Below are positions 49,377 through 59,942 of a stretch of DNA of 64,000 nt, piece by piece (position 1 is the first letter of the stretch; each line of letters opens with the position of its first letter). The position numbers and the translations under genes are program-made. The notes under the pieces are model-generated. The model was not told the DNA's origin, made no database searches, and worked only from the letters and a program-made list of their open reading frames with translations. Origin of the DNA: an uncultured Chloroflexia bacterium (GTDB lineage: Bacteria > Chloroflexota > Anaerolineae > CG2-30-64-16); assembly GCA_963810095.1 (NCBI GenBank), contig CAWEMM010000006.1, positions 544,001 through 608,000 of the forward strand, read 5' to 3'.

Positions 49377-51307
49377 ATGCAGACCCTGCCCGCCTCATCT
49401 CAAGCGGCCACCGCAGCGCGGCCATTGCCACGCTTTTCTACCATACGTGCGCGCGTGCTGGCCGTGGTCTTGCTCACCCTGCTGCCCGCATTTGCGCTCA
49501 TCATCTTTAACGCGGTGGACGAACGCTCCCGGGCCATGGATGTCACGCGCCAAAGTGCGCTCTCGACAGTGCGCCTGGTCGCCGCCGAGCAATCTCAGCT
49601 CATTTCCGGCACCCGACAGCTGATGCAGGTGATCGCCAGCTCCGACCAGGTGCTGAACGGCGACGCGGCCACCTGCGAGGCTTACCTCAACCGCATCTAC
49701 GAGACGGCCCAAGGCTACCGCGGCCTCAGCGTGGCCCGGCCGAACGGCGACGTCTATTGCACGGCGCCGCGCCGCCCGCTCACGCAGACGCTCAACACTG
49801 CGCACCGCTCCTACTTCCAAAAAGTCCTGGCGACGGGAAGCTTCGCAATCGGCGATTTCCAGGTCGGCCAGGTTACCGGGATACCCAACATCTCCTTCGG
49901 CTATCCCGTGCTTGACGAACAGGGCGAGATCAAAGCAGTGGTGTGGGCCGCGCTCAGCATCGAGCGTCTGAATGATCTGGCCCAGAACTGGCACCTGCCG
50001 GCGGGCACGTCGGTCGTTCTGATGGACAGCCAGGGGACCGTCGTCACCCGCTTCCCGCAGTGGCAGGATTGGGTGGGCAAACAACTGGCGACCAGTCCGC
50101 TCTTTGCACACATGCTGGCCAACACCGAAGGCACCTCGCGTCTGCCGGGGCTCGACGGTGTGGACCGCTGGTTCGCCTTTACCACAGTTGGCGCGGAGCC
50201 ACTCCAAGTTGGGACGGGCAGTAGTCCTGCCCACTCCGTGCTGTACCTGGCGGCGGGGTACTCAGACGCCGCTTTTATGCAGGACGTAAACGGCCGGCTG
50301 ATGCTGAGCCTCGCAACACTCGGCCTGCTCTCCGTTCTGAGCGTGACCATTGCATACGGAATGACCGACTGGATGATCGGGCGGCGTGCGCGACAGATCA
50401 TGACGACGACACGCGCGAGCTGCAGCGCGGCAACTGGGCCGCGCGCACGCACCTCACCTATCTAGACGGTGAGTTGGGCGAACTGGGGCATACCCTCGAC
50501 GAAATGGCTGACGACCTGCGCGAGCGCGACCTGAAGCTGCAAACCATAAACGCCGAGCTCGAAGAACGGGTCGAAGCGCGGACATTGGAACTGGCGACCG
50601 CAAATGGCCAGCTCCGCGCCTCGCAAAACGCGCTCCACCGGCTGTCACAGGACCTGCTCGACCTTTCGGAGCAGGAACGCACCCGGGTGGCCGAGGACGT
50701 CAGCGAGCGCCTGGGCCAGGGCCTGACGGGCATCAAAATGGACCTGTCGATCGCCCAGCGCCTGCTGGCCGCGCAGCGTGACGAAGAGGCGCTTGCTCAC
50801 GTCCAAGCCGCAGTGCGCACGCTCGACGGCATCGTCCAGGCTGCGAGGCAAATTGCGGCTGATCTTCGTCCGAGCGTGTTGGACGACTTTGGGCTGACTG
50901 CGGCAGTTGAGGGGCAATTGGGCGAGTTCCAACGACAGACAGGGATCGAAGTCGAGCTTGAAGCCGACGTGGACGAGCGGCGTGTGGACGGCGCCACCGG
51001 CACGGCCGCCTTCCGCGTACTGCAGGAGGGACTGACGAACGTCGTGCTGCATTCACACGCCACGTCTGTCAAGGTTCTTATGCGAACTCACAACGATGAA
51101 TTGTCGTTAATTGTGCAGGATAACGGGGAAGGGTTTGAGCCGGGCGACCTGCTCAAACCGCAGTCCCTCGGCGTGCTGAGCATGCGCGAACGCGCCATGC
51201 AGCTTGGCGGGGCGCTCAGCGTGAGGGCAGCGCCGAGCAACGGGACGACGCTGACGCTGACGCTGCCCGTTTCAGGCGGCGCAGCCTTGGGGAGCGAAAC
51301 GGAATGA
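49377..51307 (+). CDS. Sensor histidine kinase (dCache-HAMP-HisKA_3-HATPase; frameshift near 50412)
   Basis: Two TMs around a Cache domain (RSYFQ), HAMP DGELGEL, EQERTRVA, LRPSVLDDFGL, QEGLTNV..H, DNGEGF, GVLSMRERA. Confidence 0.85.
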
Positions 51308-51933
51308 TCAGAGTACTTATGGCAGACGACCATGCGATTGTCCGCCGCGGCTTGCGCCAAATTCTGAATGAAGGCAGTTCGACGTGCCAGGTGGACGAGG
51401 CGAGCACCGGACAAGAGGTGCTCAAGAAGGTCTATGACGGCGCGTTCGACATTCTTGTGCTCGACATTTCCTTGCCCGACCGCAATGGGCTGGAATTGGT
51501 GCGTGAGATCAAGAGTGTTAAGCCCGCGTTGCCCATCCTCATGCTCAGCGTCCATCCCGAGGAGCAGTACGCTATTCGGGCGCTCAAGGCCGGCGTGGCG
51601 GGGTACTGTAACAAGGAAAGTGCGCCCGAGCAGCTCGTGCAGGCGATCGAGCGAATCGTGGCCGGCGGCCGCTATATCAGCCCGACGCTGGCCGAGACCC
51701 TGGCAGCGAATGTCGGCGGCGACAGCGAGCGGGCCCCTCACGAGGCCCTGTCCGATCGGGAGTTCACGGTGCTTCTGCGCATCGGCGCGGGGAAATCCGT
51801 GAGCGAGATTGCGGACGAACTGGGGTTGAGCGTCAAGACTGTGAGCACGTATCGGGCACGGATTCTGGAAAAAATGAACATGGGAACCAATGCCGACCTG
51901 ATTAGGTATGTAATCGATCATCAGCTGGTGTGA
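51304..51933 (+). CDS. NarL/UvrY-family response regulator
   Basis: ADDHAIVRRGL, LDISLP, LSDRE..VL..IG.GKSVSEIA..L.LSVKTVSTYR. Confidence 0.93.
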   Translation: MIRVLMADDHAIVRRGLRQILNEGSSTCQVDEASTGQEVLKKVYDGAFDILVLDISLPDRNGLELVREIKSVKPALPILMLSVHPEEQYAIRALKAGVAGYCNKESAPEQLVQAIERIVAGGRYISPTLAETLAANVGGDSERAPHEALSDREFTVLLRIGAGKSVSEIADELGLSVKTVSTYRARILEKMNMGTNADLIRYVIDHQLV

Positions 51934-52148
51934 ATCGAACGTAGATTAGACTGCCTGGACGAGCTGTCAGCTTTTCCGGGGCGGGCGCGGGATCAATCGG
52001 ATCAGTTCAGTCAGCGTGTATTGTGTAGTGGTGTAGTGAGTGAGTGCTATGGGCAAGTTGAGTCGAATTGATGGATCGAACGGGAATGGGCACGAGGCTG
52101 CGGCGCCTTTGATCGGTCGAGCCTTTTGCCGGCTGGACGCCGCGGCGG

Positions 52149-53384
52149 GTGATTACCGCCACCCTCATCGTCCTGGCCATCGCGGCCGGGTTCCTCCTCC
52201 TGTTTCGCTTTTACATGGTCGTGTTTCTGTTCCTCGTCGCCGTCATGCTCGGGACCGCGACGAAGCCCGCCGTGGGTTGGCTGGAACGCCGCGGCATCCG
52301 CTCTGAAATTGGGCTGATCCTGGTCTATATTGCCTTATTGGCGCTGCTGGGCCTCTTTCTCCTGCTGATTGTCCCCATGTTGGCAGGGCAGGTATCAAGC
52401 GTTGTCGACAAGCTTCCGGAACACTATCGCGAGCTGCGGCAGGGCTTGATCGACTCTGATAACCGGTTCATCCAGCGGCTGGCGCTGGGCCTGCCTCTCA
52501 CCATGGCGTTCTCATTGTCGCCCGCCGCAGCACCGGCGCCCACCGACAACGCTGCCCTCGCTGCGATTGGCCCCGCGCTGCAGGTTTTCGGTGGGCTCGG
52601 CAGGGTGCTCTTTGTGATCATCGCGATCTTGGTCCTCGCCTATTACTGGGTGCAGGAAGGCGAGGTCCTCATACGGCGGGTGGTCCTGATGTTTCCCCCG
52701 GAGCGCCGCGAACCGGCCCGCACGCTCTACGGCGAGCTGGAAGGGAAGGTGTCGGGCTATTTCCGCGGCCAGGCGATCCTGTGCCTGGCCGTCGGGCTCC
52801 TGGTGCTGATCGGGTACCTCATCATCGGGCTGCCGTACGCCCTCGGTCTCGCCCTGATCATGGTGGTTTGCGAGGCGATCCCCATGATCGGGCCACTGCT
52901 CGGCGCCATCCCTGCGATGATCGTCGCCCTGACGCTGGCCCCCGACAAGATCGTGGCGACGGCGATCGTGATCTTCGTGGCGCAGATGTCTGAGAACCAT
53001 CTCCTCGTGCCGCGCATCATGGACCGATCGGTCGGCGTCAACCCGATCATCACGATCCTCGGCATCGCAGCATTCGGTGCGCTGTTCGGGTTCGCCGGTG
53101 CGCTGCTGGCCGTGCCGCTGAGCGCGATGGTCCAGATCATCGCCGCACCGCGATGTTCCGGGCCCCCGCATCCGCAGCCGATGAGGTGGGGCGGGGCCGG
53201 GCAAGCATCCTGCGACTCGCCGCGCAGGAACTCGTGCAGGACGTCCGCAAGTCATTCGCACGCCGAGCCCGAGACATCCACGCTGGTGGACCCGGACGTC
53301 GAACGCGCCGAAGATTTGTTGGAGGCGATCGCAGTCGATCTCGACAAGATGCTGACCGACTCGGAAGGGGAGGAGACGGCATGA
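52149..53384 (+). CDS. AI-2E family transporter (compensating frameshifts near 53145 and 53260; start uncertain)
   Basis: GYFRGQ, IGLPYAL, E.IP.IGP, ENHLLVPRIM..SVGVNP, GALLAVPL. Confidence 0.85.
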   Translation: MITATLIVLAIAAGFLLLFRFYMVVFLFLVAVMLGTATKPAVGWLERRGIRSEIGLILVYIALLALLGLFLLLIVPMLAGQVSSVVDKLPEHYRELRQGLIDSDNRFIQRLALGLPLTMAFSLSPAAAPAPTDNAALAAIGPALQVFGGLGRVLFVIIAILVLAYYWVQEGEVLIRRVVLMFPPERREPARTLYGELEGKVSGYFRGQAILCLAVGLLVLIGYLIIGLPYALGLALIMVVCEAIPMIGPLLGAIPAMIVALTLAPDKIVATAIVIFVAQMSENHLLVPRIMDRSVGVNPIITILGIAAFGALFGFAGALLAVPLSAMVQIIAAPRCSGPPHPQPMRWGGAGQASCDSPRRNSCRTSASHSHAEPETSTLVDPDVERAEDLLEAIAVDLDKMLTDSEGEETA

Positions 53385-54571
53385 AACGTTTCGCCATCTC
53401 CGTTGCGCTCGTCTTTGCGATCCTCCTGTTGGCCGTGGTGCTCTGGCGCATCTCGACCATCGTGTTTGTCTTTATCGCGTCCTTGGCGATTGCGGCGGCC
53501 ACGCGCGGCCCGATCGAAAGACTCATGGACTACCGCCTGCCGCGGCCGCTTGCCGTGCTCGTCGTATACGGCGCCATGGTCGCGCTGCTGCTCGCGCTGG
53601 GCTACTTTGTGTTTCGCACCCTGGGCCGCGAGTTAGGCAATATCTCCGAAGATCTCACCACGATCTACCGGACCGTGGCCATTCGCTGGGGCGGCGGCGT
53701 GCTGCAGAACTCGCCTGCCCTGGCGGCCCGTCTGCCCACGCCGGAACAGCTCGGCCAAATGCTCGCGGCCGGCCAGTTTTCTGGGCTGGTCGGCCAACTC
53801 GTGGGGTTCACGTCGGGCATCGCCGATTTTCTGACCCACGCCGGTATTGCGCTGGTGGTCAGCATCTACTGGATTTCCGACCGGCTGCACTTTGAGCGGC
53901 TGCTGCTTTCGCTGCTGCCCGCCACCCAGCGCACCCGGGCGCGGGCCATGTGGCGCACGCTCGAGGAAGGGGTGGGCGCATACCTGCGGAGCGAGCTGGC
54001 GCAGGGTGTGCTGGCGGCGATCTTGCTGGCGCCAGCCTTTGCACTGCTCGGCCTGCGCTACCCGGTCTTCTGGGCCCTCGTCGGCGCACTGCTTTGGTTC
54101 ATTCCGCTCGTGGGTGCGCTGATCTTCCTGGTGCCCTTGTGGTTGATCACGTGGGTCCAGAATGGGGCGGGGATTGCCACCGGCGCGGTAGTCTACAGCA
54201 TGGTGGTCTTCACGTTCCTCGAGCTCGTGGTCGAGCGCCGCCTGGTCACGCCTGAGGGGCGCAGCAACATCCTGGTGCTGCTGGTCATGCTGGCGATGGG
54301 CGAAGCCGCGGGCCTGGTCGGTCTTCTGCTCGCGCCGCCGGTCGCCATGGCGGTGCACATCTTCATCACACAGCTGATCACCCCTGCCATGGCGACGAAC
54401 GTGCCCGAGGCGCTCTCGCCCACGGTCGAGCAGTTGGAGACGCGCCTCGACGAGGTGCGCGGGCTGGTCAGCGGGTTGGAAGCGGGCACCGCGCCTCGGT
54501 TGGCGAACATGACCGAGCGGATGGGCGAACTACTGCAAAAGGCCCGCGAGGAGGTGGGCGACGCGGCATAG
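53381..54571 (+). CDS. AI-2E family transporter (second paralog)
   Basis: GAYLRSE, LGLRYP, FIPLVG, GLVGLLLAPP; ATGA overlap with the upstream paralog. Confidence 0.82.
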   Translation: MKRFAISVALVFAILLLAVVLWRISTIVFVFIASLAIAAATRGPIERLMDYRLPRPLAVLVVYGAMVALLLALGYFVFRTLGRELGNISEDLTTIYRTVAIRWGGGVLQNSPALAARLPTPEQLGQMLAAGQFSGLVGQLVGFTSGIADFLTHAGIALVVSIYWISDRLHFERLLLSLLPATQRTRARAMWRTLEEGVGAYLRSELAQGVLAAILLAPAFALLGLRYPVFWALVGALLWFIPLVGALIFLVPLWLITWVQNGAGIATGAVVYSMVVFTFLELVVERRLVTPEGRSNILVLLVMLAMGEAAGLVGLLLAPPVAMAVHIFITQLITPAMATNVPEALSPTVEQLETRLDEVRGLVSGLEAGTAPRLANMTERMGELLQKAREEVGDAA

Positions 54572-54713
54572 TGGGGCTGGCATCATGTAGGACTGCGGCG
54601 GCCTGCGCGATCGCCCTTGTCCTACAGGCGTTAACAATACGCACTGATACGAGCCTCGCGACGAATGGAGTAGACTTGGGAATCCTGATTGAAGCTAGGA
54701 AAGGATGATTGAG

Positions 54714-55019
54714 ATGAACGACGACGTACTGGGTGGAATGTGGAAGCAGATTAAGGGGAGCGTGAAATCGACATTCGGCAAGCTGACCGACGACGATCTC
54801 ACCGAGATCGAAGGCAACTCGGACAAGATGGTCGGCAAGTTGCAGGAACGCTACGGTTATTCCCGAGCGGACGCGGAGCGTGCGTGGAACGACTTCCGGG
54901 CCGGCGCAAACAGCAAGTCGGACCAGGCCGCGGCTGAAAAGCACCTCGACAAAGCGGCCGACGAAGCCGGCGACGCGATCGACGACGCCAAGAAGGGTCT
55001 GCGCCGCGCGCTGGACTGA
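54714..55019 (+). CDS. csbD: CsbD family stress protein
   Basis: MNDD...G.WKQIKG.VK..FGKLTDDDL..IEG..DK.VGKLQERYG. Confidence 0.9.
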   Translation: MNDDVLGGMWKQIKGSVKSTFGKLTDDDLTEIEGNSDKMVGKLQERYGYSRADAERAWNDFRAGANSKSDQAAAEKHLDKAADEAGDAIDDAKKGLRRALD

Positions 55020-55133
55020 TAGAAAAGCGAGCCGGACGCCGAATGATTAGCCCGAGGCACGGGGCGGCTAGGCCTGCCCGCGGCCTCGGGCCGGCCATGC
55101 GGCGTTTGCCTCTTAACTAAAGAGTCAAATCAC

Positions 55134-55179
55134 GAACCGGGTTTCCCCTGCCGGCGCGCCGGCGGACGAAACCCGGTTC
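55134..55179. repeat. Family A variant palindrome with an inserted GC hairpin
   Basis: GAACCGGGTTTC...GAAACCCGGTTC perfect 12-bp arms. Confidence 0.6.
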
Positions 55180-55427
55180 TTCTTCATCTGCCCCGTAGGT
55201 CTGGCCTTAGCGCACTTCCCGCACCCTGGCGTCCGTTCTTCGCACTCTTCGCGCTTCGTGAGCTTCGTCCACCTTGGCGCCTTCGCGTTCCAGAGCGCCC
55301 GCGTTCGCGAAATCTTGCACCGCCCTCCTCCGCTCGCGCGAATTCTACCACTTTGCTTGCATTGCGATAGAATACACGACGCCGGCTATGTCTGCCGCTG
55401 CGAACCCCCCGGTTCAAGGAAGATATC

Positions 55428-58163
55428 ATGCGCCCACCAGTCACCCTCAAAGTGTTCAGCCTTGCGCTGACCCTGATGCTGTTGATGACCAGCGTGCCCG
55501 TGCTGGCCGCACCGCCCACGCCGGCCGCCGAAGCGCCGGTTGGCTCGCGTCTCGCGCTCGCCCGCCTCGAATCACAGGTTGGGGACGTAGAGGTCAGCGT
55601 CAAACGCGGCCTCAACACGGCGTCGTTCGTGGGCCTGCCCCGCAACGGACCTGCCGTCGACCTGGGCGGCCTGACACCTCGCCAGCAGGCCATGTCCTTC
55701 TTCTCCGAGTACGGCAGCCTGTTCGGCATCCGCGACGCGGGGGCCGAACTCACCCCTAAGCCCGCCGCGGGCGACCTTGCCGGCGGCAGCCACCTCCCAT
55801 TCGCTCAGACCTACCGCGGCCTGCCCGTCTTCGGGGGCGAACTGCGCGCGCACTTCGGCGGCGATGGCCGGTTGGTGGCAGCGAACGGCGCGTTTGTGCC
55901 CGATATCGCCGTGAGCACGGCGCCCGGGTTGACGCCCGAGCAGGCGGCCGAGGCTGCGCTTGCGTCCGTCAAGGCTGCCAATCAGGACGTCATACGGCAG
56001 GACTTCGCCGTGACCGCTTCTGAACTCCTCATCTACCGGACCGGGCTCGTGCAGGGTGTGCCGGGCGAGAGCTACCTGGCGTACCGGGTGGAAGTGAGCA
56101 ACGGCGCCGACGTGCGCGACCAGGTTTTCGTCGACGCTCAAACGGGAACGGTGCTTGACCGGTTCCCGATGATGGACAACGCGCTGTACCGCGAGTTGTA
56201 CAGCCCCACCCTCGTCCCGGCCAACCTTAAGTGGAAAGAGGGGGACCCGTGGCCAACCGATACCGAGTATCAGAGTATCCTCAACGGTACGGGCGAAGCG
56301 TACAACCTATTCGGCAGCATGACGAACGGCGGCTGGCTGTCGTACAACAGCCTGGACGCGGTGATGAAGTCGATCGCCAAATACAATCCGGGAGGCGGCT
56401 ACTGCCCGAATGCGAGTTGGAACGGCGTCAACACCCAGTTCTGCACAGGCGTGAGCGGTGACGACACCGTTGCCCACGAGTGGGGCCATGCCTACACCGA
56501 ATACACGCACAACCTGATCTATGCGTGGCAGCCGGGCGCCCTGAATGAATCCTACTCGGATATCTGGGGTGAAACGGTCGACCTTCTTAACGGCCGCGGG
56601 AAGGATACGCCGGCTGGACTGCGGACGACCGACGGCTTGGCGTGCTCGCAGGTGGCGTGCGGGTCAGCGGCGCCGAAGACTGACAACACCTACCGCTGGG
56701 TTTCGGGCGAGGACGATCCGGGCTTCCGCTGCCCGATCCGCGATATGTGGCGACCCGACTGTTACAGCGACCCGGGCAAGGTCGTCTCGACCAACTACAC
56801 GTGCACCACGGCCGACGGCGGCGGCGTGCACTCGAACTCGGGCGTGCCTAACCACGGCTTTGCGCTCACGGTCGATGGCGGTACGTACAACGGGCAGACC
56901 ATCACCGGACTCGGCCTGACCAAGGCGGCACACCTCTACTGGCACGCGCAGCGCTTCTACCAGACCAACACGACCGACTTCGCCGACCATGCTGACGCGC
57001 TGGCGGCTTCGTGTCAAGACCTGAAGGGCCAGCCGCTGTACGACCTCAAGACGACCGGCCCCGCCACCTGGGGCGCGGCCACGGCCGCGATCACGCAGAC
57101 GGACTGCGACCAGTTGCCCAAGGTTGCGCTGGCCGTCGAGTTCCGCACCGCGCCAAGCTGTAGCTTCACGCCGATGTTCAACCCCAACCCGCCGGCCCTG
57201 TGCACGAACGCCGGCGACAGCCCACAGAATCACTTGTTCCAGAACTTCGAGTCGGGCCTGGGCGGTTGGACCACGCAGCAGACGCCGGTGCACCCCGATA
57301 CCTGGCAAGACCGCCCGTGGACTGTGAAGACGAACGCGCCCGACGGTCACCCCGGCCAGGTTGCCTTCGGCCCAGACCCCGTGGTGGGCGACTGCGCGAA
57401 CGACATGGAGAACGGGGTGACGTCGCTGCTCAGCCCGGTTATCACCATCCCGGCGGGCGCCGCGGCGCCCGTAAAGATGGCATGGGATCACCTGGTCTCG
57501 ATGGAGATCGACTACGACGGCGGCAACCTGAAGGCCAGCGTCAACGGCGGTGCGTGGACGCTCGTGCCGGCGTCCGCGTTCACCTTCAACCCCTATAACT
57601 CAGCACTTGCGACCACCAACAACGACGATCCAATGGCCGGACAGGCCGCCTGGACCGGCGGCGACGGCGGCGCAGTGAGCAGCAAGTGGGGGCAAAGCCA
57701 GATCGACCTGTCCAAGATCAGCGTCGACCCCGGCGACACGGTCCAGTTCCGCTGGGACGTCGGCTCGGACGGCTGCAACGGGTGGGACGGATGGTACATG
57801 GACGACGTGCGGGTCTACTCCTGCGCACCGTGCGTGACGCCCAACATCCCGGCAGGGCTGGGCATCACGGCGCCCAATGCGACCACGGTCAACCTGGCCT
57901 GGTCGGCCGCGACCGGCGCCAGCCAGTACGAAGTGTGGACCTCGCAGAACGCGCCCTATTTCGACATCACGGGCAAGTCCTGTGCCAGCCCCGCACCCTA
58001 CCAGTGCTCGACTACCGCGGGCACGGCCTACAGCGCGGCCGATCTCGGCAACGCGGCGGTCAACCACAACTACGTCGTGCGCGGGGCCAACAGCTGCGGG
58101 CAGGCATCGGGCAACTCGAACCGCGTTGGTGAGTTCGATTTCAGCCTGGTCAAAGGCGGATAA
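55428..58163 (+). CDS. Secreted M4 (thermolysin-like) metallopeptidase with FTP/PepSY propeptide and C-terminal beta-sandwich/FN3-like domains
   Basis: Signal peptide, Q.YRGLPVFGG, VDAQTG.VL, NASWNG, HEWGH, GALNESYSD, GGVHSNSG. Confidence 0.92.
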   Translation: MRPPVTLKVFSLALTLMLLMTSVPVLAAPPTPAAEAPVGSRLALARLESQVGDVEVSVKRGLNTASFVGLPRNGPAVDLGGLTPRQQAMSFFSEYGSLFGIRDAGAELTPKPAAGDLAGGSHLPFAQTYRGLPVFGGELRAHFGGDGRLVAANGAFVPDIAVSTAPGLTPEQAAEAALASVKAANQDVIRQDFAVTASELLIYRTGLVQGVPGESYLAYRVEVSNGADVRDQVFVDAQTGTVLDRFPMMDNALYRELYSPTLVPANLKWKEGDPWPTDTEYQSILNGTGEAYNLFGSMTNGGWLSYNSLDAVMKSIAKYNPGGGYCPNASWNGVNTQFCTGVSGDDTVAHEWGHAYTEYTHNLIYAWQPGALNESYSDIWGETVDLLNGRGKDTPAGLRTTDGLACSQVACGSAAPKTDNTYRWVSGEDDPGFRCPIRDMWRPDCYSDPGKVVSTNYTCTTADGGGVHSNSGVPNHGFALTVDGGTYNGQTITGLGLTKAAHLYWHAQRFYQTNTTDFADHADALAASCQDLKGQPLYDLKTTGPATWGAATAAITQTDCDQLPKVALAVEFRTAPSCSFTPMFNPNPPALCTNAGDSPQNHLFQNFESGLGGWTTQQTPVHPDTWQDRPWTVKTNAPDGHPGQVAFGPDPVVGDCANDMENGVTSLLSPVITIPAGAAAPVKMAWDHLVSMEIDYDGGNLKASVNGGAWTLVPASAFTFNPYNSALATTNNDDPMAGQAAWTGGDGGAVSSKWGQSQIDLSKISVDPGDTVQFRWDVGSDGCNGWDGWYMDDVRVYSCAPCVTPNIPAGLGITAPNATTVNLAWSAATGASQYEVWTSQNAPYFDITGKSCASPAPYQCSTTAGTAYSAADLGNAAVNHNYVVRGANSCGQASGNSNRVGEFDFSLVKGG

Positions 58164-58185
58164 AGTCGCCGGCAGGGGATGATTC

Positions 58186-58258
58186 ACCACAAAGACACGA
58201 AGACACGAAGTTGCGCTGAAACACTGTACTGAGCTTCGTGGCTTGGTGTCTTTGTGGT
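58186..58258. repeat. Family D 8-bp-periodic hairpin upstream of the methyltransferase
   Basis: ACCACAAAG-ACACGAAG-ACACGAAG...CTTCGTGG-CTTGGTGT-CTTTGTGGT; 25-bp arms with 2 mismatches. Confidence 0.85.
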
Positions 58259-58295
58259 TAAGCCCCGGGCACAAACAGGCAGCAGGAGTTGATCG

Positions 58296-59075
58296 GTGGA
58301 CGTTCGAGCATATAACAAAGAGGCCTGGGACCGCCAGGTGGCGGAAGGCAACCCGTGGACCTTGCCCGTCACGGCCGAGACGATCGCCGCGGCCCGACTC
58401 GGCCGGTGGAGCGTGGTGCTGACCGCGGTCAAGGAGGTCCCCGCGGCCTGGTTTCCCCCACTCGCGGGGCTCGAAGTCCTCGGACTGGCGTGTGGCGGGG
58501 GACAGCAGTGCCCGATCTTCGCAGCCGCGGGTGCAAACGTCACCGTCCTGGACAACTCGCCGGCGCAGCTGAGCCGGGACCGCGAAGTGGCGCAGCGCGA
58601 GGGCCTTCGCCTCCGCACCGTGGAAGGTGACATGGCGAACCTTTCGGCGTTCGCCGACGAATCGTTCGACCTGGTGTTTCACCCGGTTTCGAACGTGTTT
58701 GCCGCGGACGTGCGGCCGGTCTACCGCGAGGCAACCCGCGTGCTGCGCCCGGGTGGCGTGCTGCTGGCCGGCTTTATGAACCCCGACGTATACATCTTCG
58801 ACCGCGATGCAATCGACCGCCGGGGCGTGCTGCGCGTCAAGTACAAGCTGCCCTACACCGATGCCCGGGACCTGCCGAAGGGCGAGCTGCAAGCCATGTT
58901 CGAGAAGGGCTGGCCGCTCGAGCACAGCCATTCGCTCGAGGACCAGATCGGCGGGCAGTGCGACGCGGGGCTGCAGGTGACCGCGTTCTACGAGGACCGT
59001 TACGCGCCAGAATCGGGCGACATCCCCTCGCGCTACATGCCGTGCTTCTACGCGACGCGGGCGGTGAAACGGTAG
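58296..59075 (+). CDS. Class I SAM-dependent methyltransferase
   Basis: VLGLACGGGQQ, VLDNS, EGDM, SFDLVFHPVSN, RVLRPGG. Confidence 0.88.
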   Translation: MDVRAYNKEAWDRQVAEGNPWTLPVTAETIAAARLGRWSVVLTAVKEVPAAWFPPLAGLEVLGLACGGGQQCPIFAAAGANVTVLDNSPAQLSRDREVAQREGLRLRTVEGDMANLSAFADESFDLVFHPVSNVFAADVRPVYREATRVLRPGGVLLAGFMNPDVYIFDRDAIDRRGVLRVKYKLPYTDARDLPKGELQAMFEKGWPLEHSHSLEDQIGGQCDAGLQVTAFYEDRYAPESGDIPSRYMPCFYATRAVKR

Positions 59076-59078
59076 ATC

Positions 59079-59149
59079 ACCACAAAGTCACGAAGACACA
59101 AAGCTCACCGAGCACTTGGTGAACCTCGGTGTCCTGGTGCCTTTGTGGT
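59079..59149. repeat. Family D 8-bp-periodic hairpin downstream of the methyltransferase
   Basis: ACCACAAAG-TCACGAAG-ACACAAAG...CTCGGTGT-CCTGGTGC-CTTTGTGGT, starting 3 bp after the stop. Confidence 0.85.
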
Positions 59150-59173
59150 AGGCCAGCGTTCCGGAGGGGAGCC

Positions 59174-59935
59174 ATGTCCCGCATTTCTGAGTATCGAGCC
59201 GAACTGCGCGGGTTGACCGACTGGGACCCTTACCTGCTGGCACACTCCGGTCTGCCCGGCCCGCGCGGCAACCTGGAGCTCGCCCACGCCGTTGCGCAGG
59301 AAGGCACGGAGGAGCAGTTCCGGCGCTGGGCCGCGCTGACGCCCGAAGCGGCGCCCGAGAACACTCCCCAAGCATTTCTCGCGTTCTGCGGGGTGCTAGG
59401 CCTCGGCGCCATCCTTGCCCGCCGGCAAGGGACCAGCGCGGCCGAGACCTCTCCCTTGCAGGCTCTGCGCACCCTTGCCTCTGACCCGCGTTGGCGCATT
59501 CGGGAAGCGGTAGCCACCGGGCTGCAGCTGTGGGGCGACGCCGACATGCCGGGTCTACTCGCCGAAATGGCCGAGTGGGCCGGTGGAGGGTACTACGAGC
59601 AGCGGGCCGCGGCCGCCGCCCTGTGTGAGCCACGCCTGCTCGCAGCTCCCGAAACAGCCGCGTCGGTCCTCGAGATCCTCGATCGCATGACTGAAGGGAT
59701 TGCGGCGGCTCCGGCCGCCGACCGCAAGTCCGAGCCGTTTCGCACCCTCCGCCAGGCGCTGGGCTACTGCTGGAGCGTCGCCGTCGCCGCCGACCCGGCG
59801 GGCGGACTGCCGCTGATGGAACGCTGGGTGATCCACCCGGACCTTGACGTGCGCTGGATCATGCGGGAGAATCTCAAGAAGAAACGCCTTGCCGAGTTTG
59901 TGAGCGGCGCGCCGCAACTCAAGCCACGAGAATAG
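59174..59935 (+). CDS. HEAT-repeat protein of unknown function
   Basis: SGLPGPRGNLEL, ASDPRWRIREAVA, LRQALGYCWSV, WIMRENLKKKRL; GGAGGGG RBS. Confidence 0.7.
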   Translation: MSRISEYRAELRGLTDWDPYLLAHSGLPGPRGNLELAHAVAQEGTEEQFRRWAALTPEAAPENTPQAFLAFCGVLGLGAILARRQGTSAAETSPLQALRTLASDPRWRIREAVATGLQLWGDADMPGLLAEMAEWAGGGYYEQRAAAAALCEPRLLAAPETAASVLEILDRMTEGIAAAPAADRKSEPFRTLRQALGYCWSVAVAADPAGGLPLMERWVIHPDLDVRWIMRENLKKKRLAEFVSGAPQLKPRE

Positions 59936-59942
59936 GGAGACC

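Noticed and set aside
58179-59156. Integron attC sites
   Set aside because: Only one end matches GTTRRRY (GTTAAGC near 58257); no RYYYAAC partner, the second hairpin lacks GTT, and there is no integrase in the window
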